DNA from: an uncultured Candidatus Saccharibacteria bacterium | GTDB taxonomy: Bacteria > Patescibacteriota > Saccharimonadia > Saccharimonadales > Saccharimonadaceae | Length of the DNA: 64,000 nucleotides | Assembly (NCBI GenBank): GCA_963543945.1 | Contig: CAUUCN010000001.1 | Span: 1,118-65,117 of the forward strand | Direction of reading: 5' to 3' | Shown here: positions 10,485 to 20,571 of the stretch, in pieces | Position numbering within the stretch: position 1 is the first letter of the stretch | Layout: each line of letters opens with the position of its first letter | Notes under the pieces: generated by a model | Seen by the model: the letters and a program-made list of their open reading frames with translations, nothing else | Told to the model about the DNA's origin: nothing | Databases searched by the model: none | Program-made: the position numbers and the translations under genes

Positions 10485-11477
10485 CTAAAGAGTTAAATCC
10501 ATGACTGCTTCAATGGTGTAAACCCGGTTTTCCGCTTGATCAAAGACGACGCTATTCGGACTGTAGAAGACTTCGTCGGAGACTTCCATGGCATCAAGGC
10601 CGTATTGTTCGAGAATTTCCTTACCAATCTTGGTGTTTTTGTCGTGGAAGGCTGGCAAGCAGTGCAAGAAAATAGTATTTTTCTTACGAGTAGCCTGCAT
10701 TAGTTCACGATTAACTTGGTAGGATTTAAGGAGATTAATGCGTTCTTCGAATTTGTCTTCTTCGCCCATAGAAACCCAGACGTCGGTGTAAATGGCATCG
10801 GCATCGGCGACGACTTCGTAAGGATTTTCCACGATTTTGATAGTGGCGCCGGTTTGATATTTTTCAATCAAAACATTGCATTCATCGATAAGCGATTGTT
10901 CTGGGAAGAGTTCTCTAGGGGTACCGATGGAAAAATGAAGACCTAAAAGAGCCGAAGCAATCATTAAGGTGTTAGCGACATTATTACGGCCGTCACCCAC
11001 GTAAGCGAGGTGAGCGCCGCGTAGATAACCTACATGTTCCTTGATAGTCAACATATCGGCAAGGCCTTGAGTTGGGTGGAATTTATCGGTTAGACCATTC
11101 CAGACTGGAACGCCAGCGTATTTGGCAAGTTCTTCGACGGTTTCGTGGGCGAAACCACGGAATTCAATACCGTCAAACATACGACCAAGTACCAGCGCGG
11201 TGTCACGGACAGACTCTTTTTTGCCGAGCTGAATGTCGTCTTTGCCGAGATATTCAGCATGCATGCCGAGATCGCGGGCACCACACACGAAGGCGCAACG
11301 AGTTCTGGTGGAAGCTTTTTCGAAGAGAAGAGCGATGGTCTTCCCTTCGTGGTTTTTATTAGAAACGCCAGTGAGCTTATTGTTTTTGAGTTGTTTGGCA
11401 GTTTCCAGCATAGTCTGAACTTCGCGTGGGGTGAAGTCTTTAAGAGTTAAAAATGAGCGACCTTTAAGATTTAACAT
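10485..11477 (-). CDS. arcB: Ornithine carbamoyltransferase (catabolic)
   Basis: Start at ATG 11477 overlapping the arcA stop (TAATG), with GGGAGGA upstream. STRTR, HPTQ and HCLP motifs. Confidence 0.92.
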   Translation of the reverse strand: MLNLKGRSFLTLKDFTPREVQTMLETAKQLKNNKLTGVSNKNHEGKTIALLFEKASTRTRCAFVCGARDLGMHAEYLGKDDIQLGKKESVRDTALVLGRMFDGIEFRGFAHETVEELAKYAGVPVWNGLTDKFHPTQGLADMLTIKEHVGYLRGAHLAYVGDGRNNVANTLMIASALLGLHFSIGTPRELFPEQSLIDECNVLIEKYQTGATIKIVENPYEVVADADAIYTDVWVSMGEEDKFEERINLLKSYQVNRELMQATRKKNTIFLHCLPAFHDKNTKIGKEILEQYGLDAMEVSDEVFYSPNSVVFDQAENRVYTIEAVMDLTL

Positions 11478-12712
11478 TAGATTTCCTCCCTGAAAAGTGG
11501 CATAGACATACAACGCGGACCGCCACGGCCACGACCGAGCTCGCTGCCAGCGACTTCGATAACTTTGAGACCAGCCTTGCGTAAGGCTTCATTGGTAACG
11601 TAGTTACGATCGTAGGTAATTACGACGCCTGGAGCGATGGCGAGAGTATTGGAGCCGTCATTCCACTGTTCACGAGCAGCCGCAATTGGGTCACCATTGC
11701 CACATTGGATGAGTTGAACTTTTGATACACCAAGAGATTCAGCTAAGACATTAGTGAGGTCACGACGATGGGTAACTTCGTAGCCAACATGAGTGTTGGA
11801 TTTGTCTAGGACATAAATATCGAGTTCACCACCGGCGGTCATGATTTCTGGATGGACGGAGAATTTGTCGTAATCAATCATGGTAAAGACGGTGTCGAGG
11901 TGCATGAAGGCACGCTTGGCTGGAATCTTAATGGCGAGAACGCGAGTAAATTCGGAGTCATGGAAGAGACGTGAAGCGATACGTTCGATAGCTTCAGCTT
12001 CGGTGCGTTCGGAGATACCAATGGCGACGGTGTGCTTATTCAAGACTAATTCATCACCACCTTCGACGGAGAAGCGATTATTGCGATTGTACCAAACTGG
12101 AATATTTTGGTTGGCAAAACGTGGATGATACTTCAAGATATACTGCATGAAGAGTGATTCGCGACGACGGGCTGGCCAGTGCATCTTATTAATGGTGAGA
12201 CCATTACCGATGGAAGCGGCTGGGTCACGGGTGAAATAAAGATTTGGCATCGGGTCAAGATAGAATGGATAATCATTGACCATGAAATGATGAAGTTGCT
12301 TATTGGTAGGTTCCATATCTTCAACTTCACTCTTTTTAACACCGGCCATAACTTTGCGCACCATGGTGAGTGGGTCGAGAGTCTGAAGATAATTAACGAT
12401 GGCAAAAGTTGAGAAAGTTTCCTCTTGTTTAGAAGCGCGAACCATTTCGACAATGAAGCGATCGCGCACTTCTTCATTGGCGAGAGCTTCGGCGGCGAGT
12501 TGATCGAGGTAAAGTACCTCTACGCCGTTTTCACGCAAGACGTTAGCGAAGGCGTCATGTTCTTCTTGTGCGACCTTTAGGTATGGCACGTCGTCGAAAA
12601 GCATACGGCTCATATATTCGGGAGTGAGAGCCTCGAGTTCTTCGCCTGGACGGTGAAGAAGCACGGTTTTGAGGCGACCAATTTCCGAATTAACTTGGAT
12701 TTGTGGTTCCAT
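11477..12712 (-). CDS. arcA: Arginine deiminase
   Basis: 411 aa; [16 protein letters not shown]-terminus and C-terminal GGPRCMSMP catalytic-Cys motif. Confidence 0.93.
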   Translation of the reverse strand: MEPQIQVNSEIGRLKTVLLHRPGEELEALTPEYMSRMLFDDVPYLKVAQEEHDAFANVLRENGVEVLYLDQLAAEALANEEVRDRFIVEMVRASKQEETFSTFAIVNYLQTLDPLTMVRKVMAGVKKSEVEDMEPTNKQLHHFMVNDYPFYLDPMPNLYFTRDPAASIGNGLTINKMHWPARRRESLFMQYILKYHPRFANQNIPVWYNRNNRFSVEGGDELVLNKHTVAIGISERTEAEAIERIASRLFHDSEFTRVLAIKIPAKRAFMHLDTVFTMIDYDKFSVHPEIMTAGGELDIYVLDKSNTHVGYEVTHRRDLTNVLAESLGVSKVQLIQCGNGDPIAAAREQWNDGSNTLAIAPGVVITYDRNYVTNEALRKAGLKVIEVAGSELGRGRGGPRCMSMPLFREEI

Positions 12713-12743
12713 TAGATTCTCCGTTTAAAATTTCTATAAGCTG

Positions 12744-12752
12744 ATTATAGCA
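12744..12752 (-). promoter_or_regulatory. Extended -10 promoter (TGcTATAAT) for the arc operon
   Basis: Located between the nusG terminator and the arcA Shine-Dalgarno (ACGGAGAA). Confidence 0.6.
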
Positions 12753-12798
12753 TAAGCAATTAAAATAAATCAGTCTTGATGAAAATTCAGCCTTAAGG

Positions 12799-12830
12799 AA
12801 AAAATCAGACCCCGAAATGAGTCTGATTTT
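12799..12830 (-). terminator. Intrinsic terminator after nusG
   Basis: TCAGAC/GTCTGA stem with a T-run on the minus strand; separates nusG from the arc operon. Confidence 0.7.
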
Positions 12831-12848
12831 AAGAAGATTTTTATGGAA

Positions 12849-13397
12849 TTAGTCAATTTTTTTAACTTGAAGGGCGTCAAGTTCGACTGGCGTTTCACGA
12901 CCAAACATGGAGACCATGACACGAAGTTTACCCTTGCTGGAGTCGATTTCGGCAATGGTGCCTTCGAAGCCCTTGAATGGTCCATCGGTAATGGCGATAA
13001 CTTCGTTAAGCGCGTAGTTGACGGAATATTTTGGATCCTCTACGCCCATACGTTTCTTGATTTTATTAATTTCCTTTTCGGAAACTGGGGTTGGCTGGGT
13101 GCCGGTGCCGACGAAACCAGTGACGCCTGGGGTATTGCGGATGATATACCAAGTTTCATCAGAGAGGCGCATCTGGACAAGAACGTAACCCTGGAAGATT
13201 TTGCGATCGACGATTTTGCGCTTGCCGTTCTTAATTTCGATTTGTTTTTCTTTTGGTACGATAGCATCGAGGATTTTGCCTTCGAATTCAGCACTATCGA
13301 GACGTTGTTTGATGGATTCGGCGACCTTGTCTTCGTAGCCACTGTAAGTGCTTACGGTGTACCATTGGAGGGTGTCGTCATAACGGTTTACTGCCAT
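12849..13397 (-). CDS. nusG: Transcription termination/antitermination factor NusG
   Basis: 182 aa; WYTVSTYSGYEDKV NGN start and a C-terminal KOW (GPFKGFEGTIAEID); follows secE. Confidence 0.92.
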   Translation of the reverse strand: MAVNRYDDTLQWYTVSTYSGYEDKVAESIKQRLDSAEFEGKILDAIVPKEKQIEIKNGKRKIVDRKIFQGYVLVQMRLSDETWYIIRNTPGVTGFVGTGTQPTPVSEKEINKIKKRMGVEDPKYSVNYALNEVIAITDGPFKGFEGTIAEIDSSKGKLRVMVSMFGRETPVELDALQVKKID

Positions 13398-13418
13398 GTG
13401 ATTTCCTTTTTCTCTTTC

Positions 13419-13895
13419 CTATTTCAATAAGTTATTAAACAATAATGTGAATAATGCGTCAAGTACCATAATCAGCGCGGCGAAGATGACTGTGTATAAA
13501 ATAACCGCGAAGACGAGCTTCCAGGTCATTTTACGGTTTGGCCAGCGTACTTGCTTGAGTTCTTGCCAAGATTCGGCAAGGTAGCGGAAGAAAGCACGAA
13601 TTGGGGTGGTGATGAAAAGCAAGAAACGAATAAGTGGGTTCTTGGATTTTTCACCGGAAGCTTTTTTGGCCTTCTTGGCGGCTAGCTTTTCGGCTTTTTT
13701 CTCTAATTTGGCCAGTTTTTTGGCATTTTTAAGGGACTTTTTGTCGTTGGCTTTTGATTCTGTGATATCCGCGCGGATTTCGGCGTTGTCTTGAATCGGT
13801 TTTTTAGGTTCTGGATTTTTGCCAGAAGCTTTGGTGGTTTGATCTGAATTTTTTGACCCAGATTGACCTGCTTTGATGCGGGTGATGTGCGCCAT
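13419..13895 (-). CDS. secE: Preprotein translocase subunit SecE with long Lys-rich N-terminal extension
   Basis: C-terminal ELKQVRWPNRK plus a single TM helix is the SecE core; position upstream of nusG. Confidence 0.85.
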   Translation of the reverse strand: MAHITRIKAGQSGSKNSDQTTKASGKNPEPKKPIQDNAEIRADITESKANDKKSLKNAKKLAKLEKKAEKLAAKKAKKASGEKSKNPLIRFLLFITTPIRAFFRYLAESWQELKQVRWPNRKMTWKLVFAVILYTVIFAALIMVLDALFTLLFNNLLK

Positions 13896-13981
13896 ATACT
13901 CCTTCCATAAAAAATAGTCTGATAATCAGACTGTCAAGTAGATTGTATCATGTAAAGAGGTTTTTGTAAATGATTCAGGAT

Positions 13982-14006
13982 AAAAAAGACCCCCGACTTC
14001 GGGGGT
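13982..14006 (-). terminator. Intrinsic terminator
   Basis: ACCCCCGA/TCGGGGGT stem followed by a T-run on the minus strand. Confidence 0.7.
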
Positions 14007-14031
14007 GAAAAATTGTGTTGCGTTTTTCTGG

Positions 14032-14562
14032 CTAGGCTTTTTCAGTAGTGATACGATGAACAAAATTAAAATTTTCGCCACTTGTAGTAGTAACGACGTA
14101 AACATCGCCTTTACTGATGGCATCTCTCAGATCGGCAGGGACGCTGTATTCGTTAAAAAGTTCACGAATTTCTGCCCTAGTGATGTGCCGAAGTGATTTG
14201 ACACTAAACTGAAAAGTGCGAAATTTAATGTGATCATTGCGATAGTGCCTGGCATGTTGTTTGGCACATCTGGGCATTACGCTAGTAATGCGGTCAACCG
14301 AAATAGTAGCGTGAATCTCCTTGGGCACTTCGAGTTCTGGCGCATTTTGATCTTGATACCAGGACCTCAGTGTTTGATTAAAATCAGTTAGAGCCTGAAA
14401 GGACGTGTATTCTTTCCACTCGGTGCCGGTTTTTGAAGTTTCAAGCATATCCGACCAACAGAAGCGTAGACTGAAAAGATTGTAGGATTCGTCTAAAACG
14501 TGTAAAACTTCCTTGAAACTGGCTTCGTTCTCTAATTTGCGTTTGTCTAAGAAACCTTCCAT
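14032..14562 (-). CDS. Hypothetical protein
   Basis: 176-aa ORF with GGAGGGG Shine-Dalgarno and an upstream TGcTTTAAT; no family recognised. Confidence 0.6.
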   Translation of the reverse strand: MEGFLDKRKLENEASFKEVLHVLDESYNLFSLRFCWSDMLETSKTGTEWKEYTSFQALTDFNQTLRSWYQDQNAPELEVPKEIHATISVDRITSVMPRCAKQHARHYRNDHIKFRTFQFSVKSLRHITRAEIRELFNEYSVPADLRDAISKGDVYVVTTTSGENFNFVHRITTEKA

Positions 14563-14653
14563 GGTTACCCCTCCTTTTACAACACAATTTTCCTATTAAG
14601 GTACTAAATTGTTTATATTAAAGCATAAAAAGAGGGATTTGACAACTTCTTCT

Positions 14654-15853
14654 CTATTTTTTTGGTGGAAAATAAAGTTTTTGGTCTTTGATTTCTTCGG
14701 GTAAGTAGCTTTTTTGGTGATGAAAATTGGCTTCCCATTTATAATCCTTGCCGTAGCCCAGGTTTTTCATGAGTTTAGTTTCGGGATTGCGAATTTCAAG
14801 CGGGATTGGTAGATGACTAGTGTTTTTAGCGAGAGCTTTGGCGCGAGCCCAGGCGTCATAGCTAGAACGATCTTTTTTAGATTTCGCGAGAGCTACGGCC
14901 ACATGAGATAGGATAATTCCCCCTTCTGGCATACCAACTTTCTCGATGGCGGAAAAGGCGGATTCGGCGAGAGTGAGGGCGCCATTGCCAGCAAGTCCGA
15001 TATCTTCGGAAGCAAAAATTACCATACGACGGGCGATAAATTTGGGATCCTCTCCACCTTCAAGCATACGGGCGAGGTAATAAAGTGTGGCGTCGACATC
15101 GCTACCGCGCATGGATTTAATGAAGGCGGAAATTGTATCGTAGTGACGATCACCGGATTTATCAAAATAGTTGACCTTATTATTGAGAGTTTTGGTGACA
15201 AAATCGAGGGTAAGCTTATTTTTGAGTGAAAGACAGAGCTCGAGATCGCCCAGTGCTGAACGGGCGTCGCCGTGACTGAGGTGTGCGAGAAAGTCGATGA
15301 CTTCGGGATCGATTTTGGCTTTAGGATATTCTTTTTCGATGGCGCGAAGTAGAATGTCTTTGATATCAGAATCTTTTAAGGTAGATAAAATTACTACGCG
15401 ACTACGTGAAATGAGTGCGGGGATGACTTCGAAGCTGGGATTTTCCGTGGTGGCGCCGATGAGGGTGATGAGGCCAGATTCCACATGAGGTAAAAAGGCA
15501 TCCTGTTGAGCTTTATTGAAACGATGAATCTCGTCAATAAAAAGCAGGGTGCGGACTTTAAGATTCCAATTTTGTTTGGCACGTTCGACTACCTGTTCAA
15601 CATCGGATTTATGAGCGGTGACGGCGGAAAGTTCGACGAAATCAGCGTCGAGTTCTTTGGCAATAATGCGAGCCAGGGTGGTTTTGCCGGTACCAGGAGG
15701 GCCCCAAAAAATAAGATTGGTCGGTTCCTTAGATTTGATTAATTCCGTAAGAATTTTGCCTTTGCCGATAATAGTTTTTTGCCCAAAAACCTCGTCGAGA
15801 CTTTGAGGTCGCATACGTTCGGCGAGAGGCTTTCTTAAATCGGTAAATTCCAT
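14654..15853 (-). CDS. rarA: Replication-associated recombination protein A (MgsA/RarA AAA+ ATPase)
   Basis: GPPGTGKTT Walker [12 protein letters not shown] Walker B, and the MgsA C-terminal region ([13 protein letters not shown]). Confidence 0.9.
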   Translation of the reverse strand: MEFTDLRKPLAERMRPQSLDEVFGQKTIIGKGKILTELIKSKEPTNLIFWGPPGTGKTTLARIIAKELDADFVELSAVTAHKSDVEQVVERAKQNWNLKVRTLLFIDEIHRFNKAQQDAFLPHVESGLITLIGATTENPSFEVIPALISRSRVVILSTLKDSDIKDILLRAIEKEYPKAKIDPEVIDFLAHLSHGDARSALGDLELCLSLKNKLTLDFVTKTLNNKVNYFDKSGDRHYDTISAFIKSMRGSDVDATLYYLARMLEGGEDPKFIARRMVIFASEDIGLAGNGALTLAESAFSAIEKVGMPEGGIILSHVAVALAKSKKDRSSYDAWARAKALAKNTSHLPIPLEIRNPETKLMKNLGYGKDYKWEANFHHQKSYLPEEIKDQKLYFPPKK

Positions 15854-15911
15854 AGTTCTAGTTTAACACAGAGAGAAAAAATGGTATAATAAGAAAAAAT
15901 AAAGGAGAAAT

Positions 15912-16445
15912 ATGGCTGATTTTAACAAAATCTTGACCCCAGGTGACTACGAAAATGGTGAACTTAATGTCGTCATCGAGATTCCTACTGGCTCAAATCA
16001 CAAAATTGAATGGGACCGCAAAAATGCTTGCTTTATGCTTGACCGTGTCGAACCAATGGCATTTGCAAAGCCTTGTAATTATGGTTTTATTCCTCAAACT
16101 CTCGATGAGGATGGTGATGAACTCGATGTTTTGATGATCACTGATCAGCCTTTGACGACTGGCATTTATATGAAGGCCCGTATTCTTGGCGTAATGAAGT
16201 TTGTTGACTCTGATGAAGTTGATGACAAGATTATTTGTGTGCCAGAAGACGACCGTAATAACGGTGATAAGTACCAAACTTTGGAAGATTTGCCAAAGCA
16301 ATTAATCCGCCAAATCGAATTCCACTTCAATCACTACAAAGATTTGAAAAAGCCAGGTACTACCGAAGTGAAAGGTTTCTTCGGCGCTGAGGAAGCTAAG
16401 GAAGTTGTAAAAGAAGCAATTGCTCGCTGGAACGTTCAAGCTTAA
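15912..16445 (+). CDS. ppa: Inorganic pyrophosphatase (family I)
   Basis: 177 aa; NVVIEIPTGSNHK.EWD, DGDELDVLMI and KFVDSDEVDDKI motifs; AAGGAG Shine-Dalgarno. Confidence 0.9.
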   Translation: MADFNKILTPGDYENGELNVVIEIPTGSNHKIEWDRKNACFMLDRVEPMAFAKPCNYGFIPQTLDEDGDELDVLMITDQPLTTGIYMKARILGVMKFVDSDEVDDKIICVPEDDRNNGDKYQTLEDLPKQLIRQIEFHFNHYKDLKKPGTTEVKGFFGAEEAKEVVKEAIARWNVQA

Positions 16446-16455
16446 TTAATCTTAG

Positions 16456-16490
16456 TAAAAAATAAATCCCTCTGGGGATTTATTTTTATT
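16456..16490. terminator. Bidirectional hairpin terminator
   Basis: AATCCC-tctg-GGGATT flanked by an A-run and a T-run, between convergent genes. Confidence 0.7.
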
Positions 16491-16574
16491 TAAAGGTTAA
16501 TGTAAGAGGTTGGATTTAGTTAAGTCAATAAGATTATAAATATTTGGCTGGTGTAATCTTTTTAGAATAATTAT

Positions 16575-17528
16575 TTAGCGTTCATTAAGGACGCGTTCTT
16601 CGAGATTGCGGCCGAGCGAATTAAGTTTAGTTGGGTTAAAATTCTGATTAAGTGAAATTACGATGTATTTGCGGTCTTGATATTTTGGCAGATCTTTAAA
16701 CTCGAGGATGGAAAATTCACTAAAATACGGGAGAGTGTTTGCAGCAGTTTCGGTTTTTAATTTGGCGGAAGTGTAATCGAAGATAGTGGCTTTATTAATG
16801 CCGGAAATTAAGGCAAAGTGATCGCCGGTAATGAGAAGATGTGCGAAAAATTGATCCCAATCTTCAGACTTAAGATTTTCGGGATTATAAAGAAATTTAA
16901 TTAATTTTAAATATTCGCTTGCAGTGAGGGTGAGGGTATCTCCAGAGATTTTAAGGTCTTCTAAGTCCATTTTGGTGAGAAGATTTTTGATAACCGCATC
17001 GGAAAGTTCGGCGCGCAGGGCATCCTTGCAATTTGGATTTTCGGAAGTGAAAAGTTCATTGAGACAGTCTTTCCTGGAGAGTGCAGTTTGATTTTTAAGA
17101 TTAATTTGGTCGTCGAGATGGAAGCTGCCATCACTAAGGCGGCGGTAATTTTCGTAAGCCACTAGGAGACTAACGAGATTTGGATCGGTAAAAGTTTTAG
17201 TATCGTTAAAGCGACCGACGATATCAGAGTTATTAAGGTCATAAATTAGCACTGATGACTCTTCGGTAGTTCCCTGGTCGCGACGCCAATCGTCGATGAG
17301 GTATTGTAAATCAATACGATGCGGTGCGCGTTTTTCGGTAACTTTAGCAATCTCCGGTTTTTTATTTTCGACTTTTTCAGCAGTGTTTGAAAGGAGTTTA
17401 AGCAAAGAAACTACACCAAAAGCGATGGCAAATACACCAAGAATGGTACCGAGTACGATAAAGAAAATTTTGAGAAAACTAGGTTTACTATTTTTGGCTA
17501 ATTCTTCGAGATTAATTTCGTCTTGCAT
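16575..17528 (-). CDS. Membrane-anchored hypothetical protein
   Basis: 317-aa ORF with a single N-terminal TM helix (FLKIFFIVLGTILGVFAIAFGVVSLL); no catalytic motif recognised. Confidence 0.65.
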   Translation of the reverse strand: MQDEINLEELAKNSKPSFLKIFFIVLGTILGVFAIAFGVVSLLKLLSNTAEKVENKKPEIAKVTEKRAPHRIDLQYLIDDWRRDQGTTEESSVLIYDLNNSDIVGRFNDTKTFTDPNLVSLLVAYENYRRLSDGSFHLDDQINLKNQTALSRKDCLNELFTSENPNCKDALRAELSDAVIKNLLTKMDLEDLKISGDTLTLTASEYLKLIKFLYNPENLKSEDWDQFFAHLLITGDHFALISGINKATIFDYTSAKLKTETAANTLPYFSEFSILEFKDLPKYQDRKYIVISLNQNFNPTKLNSLGRNLEERVLNER

Positions 17529-17562
17529 CTTAAAATTATTTTATCATATTTAGCATATGCGG

Positions 17563-17568
17563 TATAAT
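17563..17568 (+). promoter_or_regulatory. -10 box (TATAAT) 9 nt upstream of the GH97 ATG (near-leaderless)
   Basis: The box lies inside the first codons of the ORF-track ORF, so the start was moved to ATG 17578. Confidence 0.5.
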
Positions 17569-17577
17569 ATTAAGCAT

Positions 17578-19506
17578 ATGGGCTTTTTGAAAGGACTTTT
17601 TAAAAAAGAAGAAGCGAAAGCGAATTCTTTGGTTAACGTGAAATCACCGAGCGGGAGTTTTGTTTTTGAGTTTAGTCTGAAAAATGGTAGTCCGAGCTAT
17701 CGGGTGCTAAAAAATCAAGAAGTATTACTGAGTAACTCTAGATTAGGTTTCGAAATTTATAACGAAAAACCGATTGCGGAAAATTTGGGGGTGGTGAGGA
17801 TTTTGCCAAAATTTAAGGATGAAACTTGGCAAAGTGTAGTGGGGGAAACTTTGGATATTGTGAATAAATATAACGAGACGACTTTTTATCTGGCGGAGCG
17901 CGAAAAAGACGGACGTATCTTTACTTTAAGAGTGCGAGTCTTTGATGAGGGGGTGGCGTTTCGTTATGAGTTCCCACCCCAACCCGGTTTTCAGCGGATG
18001 ATTATTACGAATGAACTAACGGAATTTAATCTGGATATTCATGCGAAAAGTTGGTCGATGCCAGCCTTTACTCTAGCGAGGTCAGAAACGGATTATGAGG
18101 AGCGGACGATTTTTAATTTAACTGGTTCGAGGCAGACACCATTTACCGCAGAACTTCCGAGTGGTAAGATTTTGTCAATTCACGAAGCAGCGCTGATTAA
18201 TTATGGTTCGATGACTTTGGGGCTGAATAAAATCGGTCGACTGGAGGCGAATATTACACCACTCTCAGACGGCATGAAGGCTTATTTGACGCTACCTTTT
18301 GAAACGCCATGGCGGGTAGTAATGGTGGCGGATACTGCAGTGCAACTGACGAAAAATAAGATGATTTTAAGCTTAAATCAAAGCCCGAGAATGAATTTTG
18401 ATTGGGTTACGTCGATTAAATTTCTGGGAATTTGGTGGGCGATGCTGATTGGGGTTTGGAGTTTTACAGCTTCTGAAAGGCAAGGTGCGACTACGGAGCA
18501 TGCGCTGGAATATCTTGATTGGTGTGAAAAGTTAGGTGTTGCGGGACTCTTGATTGAGGGGTGGTCAGACCAAAATTTGGCAAAGAAACTAGATAAAAAG
18601 AAAATTTTGGAGCGTGCTAAACAAAAAAATATTGAAATTGTGGCACAATGTGAGACGGCAAGTCAGATTGATAACTACGAAAAAAATCTAGTTAAGCAAT
18701 TCGATGAATTAGAGGCATTAGGTGTGCGTTATTTGAAATTGGATTATTCAGGTCCGAAGATGTTGATTAAGGGGCGTGAAGAATTTCATCAGTCACAGGC
18801 GGGGGTGTTGCATTTTAGTAACGTCCTGAAGTTAGCGGCACAGAAAAAAATGATGCTAAATGTCCACGAATCGATTAAGGGCACCGGTCTTGAACGAACT
18901 TATCCGAACTTGCTCTGCACAGAGGGGGCAAAGGGGCAGGAATATGAAGGTGGTGGTTTGAATTCTAAACACGCGGTGATTCTACCTTTCACGAGAATGC
19001 TCGCCGGTGGCTTTGATTTTACGCCGGGGATTTTTGATTTAAATAATCCAGCGAAAAAAGTTTATTCCACCCTGGCTAGGCAGTTAGCTTACTATGTGGT
19101 GTTTCATTCTGGAATGCAGATGTTGGCCGACCGTCCAGAATCTTATGAAAAAAATCGGGATGCGCTGTCATTTATCCAAAAAGTACCAGTGAATTTCGAA
19201 ATTGAAGTGCCTTTACTCGGTAAAATTGGTGAATATTATGCGGTAGCCAGGCGCGGGCGAGGGGAGACGGACTGGTATATCGGTGGTATCGTCGATGACA
19301 TGGCGCGTACGATGAAAATTAAGTTAAGTTTCTTGGAAAAAGACGTGAAATATAATGCTTTTGTATTCCGTGATGGCGACATAGCGGATTTTCGCACGAA
19401 CCCAACGGATCTCAAAATCGAGCGTCTAGTGGTGGATGCGGAAGATGAACTGGAAATTCCGGTGGTAGGAATGGGTGGTTTCGCGGTACGATTAATGAAG
19501 GCCTAA
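17578..19506 (+). CDS. Glycoside hydrolase family 97-like (alpha-glucosidase/galactosidase type)
   Basis: N-terminal SPSGSFVFEFSLKNGSPSYRV...SRLGFE, TPWRVVMVAD, GVRYLKLDY and HESIKGTGLERTYPNLLCTEGAKGQEY resemble GH97 blocks; no signal peptide. Confidence 0.65.
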   Translation: MGFLKGLFKKEEAKANSLVNVKSPSGSFVFEFSLKNGSPSYRVLKNQEVLLSNSRLGFEIYNEKPIAENLGVVRILPKFKDETWQSVVGETLDIVNKYNETTFYLAEREKDGRIFTLRVRVFDEGVAFRYEFPPQPGFQRMIITNELTEFNLDIHAKSWSMPAFTLARSETDYEERTIFNLTGSRQTPFTAELPSGKILSIHEAALINYGSMTLGLNKIGRLEANITPLSDGMKAYLTLPFETPWRVVMVADTAVQLTKNKMILSLNQSPRMNFDWVTSIKFLGIWWAMLIGVWSFTASERQGATTEHALEYLDWCEKLGVAGLLIEGWSDQNLAKKLDKKKILERAKQKNIEIVAQCETASQIDNYEKNLVKQFDELEALGVRYLKLDYSGPKMLIKGREEFHQSQAGVLHFSNVLKLAAQKKMMLNVHESIKGTGLERTYPNLLCTEGAKGQEYEGGGLNSKHAVILPFTRMLAGGFDFTPGIFDLNNPAKKVYSTLARQLAYYVVFHSGMQMLADRPESYEKNRDALSFIQKVPVNFEIEVPLLGKIGEYYAVARRGRGETDWYIGGIVDDMARTMKIKLSFLEKDVKYNAFVFRDGDIADFRTNPTDLKIERLVVDAEDELEIPVVGMGGFAVRLMKA

Positions 19507-19991
19507 ACTAATTCGGCGGTGAGAATTAGACGTTCAGTATAATCGTGCCCGGAGATTTTTTCGCCATGGCAGGTCATCAAGGTGATGGTTGGGGTAGATT
19601 TTTTGGTCAAGAGTTTTGACATATTGATGTCGGATTTTTGCTGAATTTTACGAGTTTTGATTTGGTAAGTTTGGTCACCAAAACGGAAAGTATCGCCGAC
19701 TGATAGCTTATTTAGATTCTGAAAAATTGTAGAGGAGTGGCCAATAATAAAATCGTGATTTTGATTGGCGTGATAGACGCCGGCAATGCGTTCTGGTGAA
19801 ATAAGGGTGTTCTCGTCGGTAATTTCGAGGGCACGAATCGGTGAGGTGAGGCTGATTTTGGGAATTTCGAGAATCAAATTAGTGTTGGCCTCTACGGTTT
19901 GGGGTTGGAAGGCTAGAAAAGTAAAAATCAGAAAGAAGCATAAATATAATGCGCCAAAAACACCAAAAATTGATGATTTCTTGATTTTCAT
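19503..19991 (-). CDS. Sortase family transpeptidase
   Basis: N-terminal TM helix, IIGHSS (His), TLMTCHG (TLxTC Cys) and ERLIL (Arg). Confidence 0.85.
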   Translation of the reverse strand: MKIKKSSIFGVFGALYLCFFLIFTFLAFQPQTVEANTNLILEIPKISLTSPIRALEITDENTLISPERIAGVYHANQNHDFIIGHSSTIFQNLNKLSVGDTFRFGDQTYQIKTRKIQQKSDINMSKLLTKKSTPTITLMTCHGEKISGHDYTERLILTAELV

Positions 19992-20100
19992 AATGCTCCC
20001 GTTTATAAGTTTATTTTAGCAAAAGCTTATGCTTAAAACAAGAGTTTTAAAAAGATTAATAAAAGAAAAAACAGGGGCGGACTTCCCTGTTTTATGGAAA

Positions 20101-20559
20101 TTAAATAGAGTCGTAGGGCTCGCGAATTGGGAATGAGATTGAAGTGCCGAATCCGAGGCGAGATTTAATTTTAGCCCCGAGGGCGGAATATTGTTCGCTA
20201 CTATCAACGGTCATCACGACGCTGTCATCGGTAATTACTAGATGATATTTGGCTGGGGTGATATCGATGCTTTGGGCGGAAGTGGCGTTCATGGAGATTA
20301 GAATATTCCCCTTAGTCGGATTTTTGAGACGTGAATTGAGGTAGCCGACGATAAATTTGATAATGTCAGTATAATTTTCGACTTGGTGACGACGACGAAT
20401 CACGTCAAGGTCGAGATTAACACCAATTTTTTCAAGCTTAATTAGATATTCACGATAAATTGGGTCGATGATGTCCGAAAGATACATGAATTTGCGATCA
20501 AAAACACTGGTGTGAACCTTGGTGGCATCAAGAAATTTAGAGATAGATTGCCCTTGCAT
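20101..20559 (-). CDS. Hypothetical protein
   Basis: Start set at the second ATG (TATAAT-6 nt-ATG); no family recognised. Confidence 0.55.
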   Translation of the reverse strand: MQGQSISKFLDATKVHTSVFDRKFMYLSDIIDPIYREYLIKLEKIGVNLDLDVIRRRHQVENYTDIIKFIVGYLNSRLKNPTKGNILISMNATSAQSIDITPAKYHLVITDDSVVMTVDSSEQYSALGAKIKSRLGFGTSISFPIREPYDSI

Positions 20560-20571
20560 AAACATATTATA

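Noticed and set aside
12843-13430. 195-aa plus-strand ORF
   Set aside because: It is antisense to nusG, which has clear NGN and KOW motifs. The same reasoning applies to the other antisense or alternate-frame ORFs inside rplA, arcA, arcB, the transporter, the BspA genes, and the 47706..48275 ORF opposite the high-GC gene.
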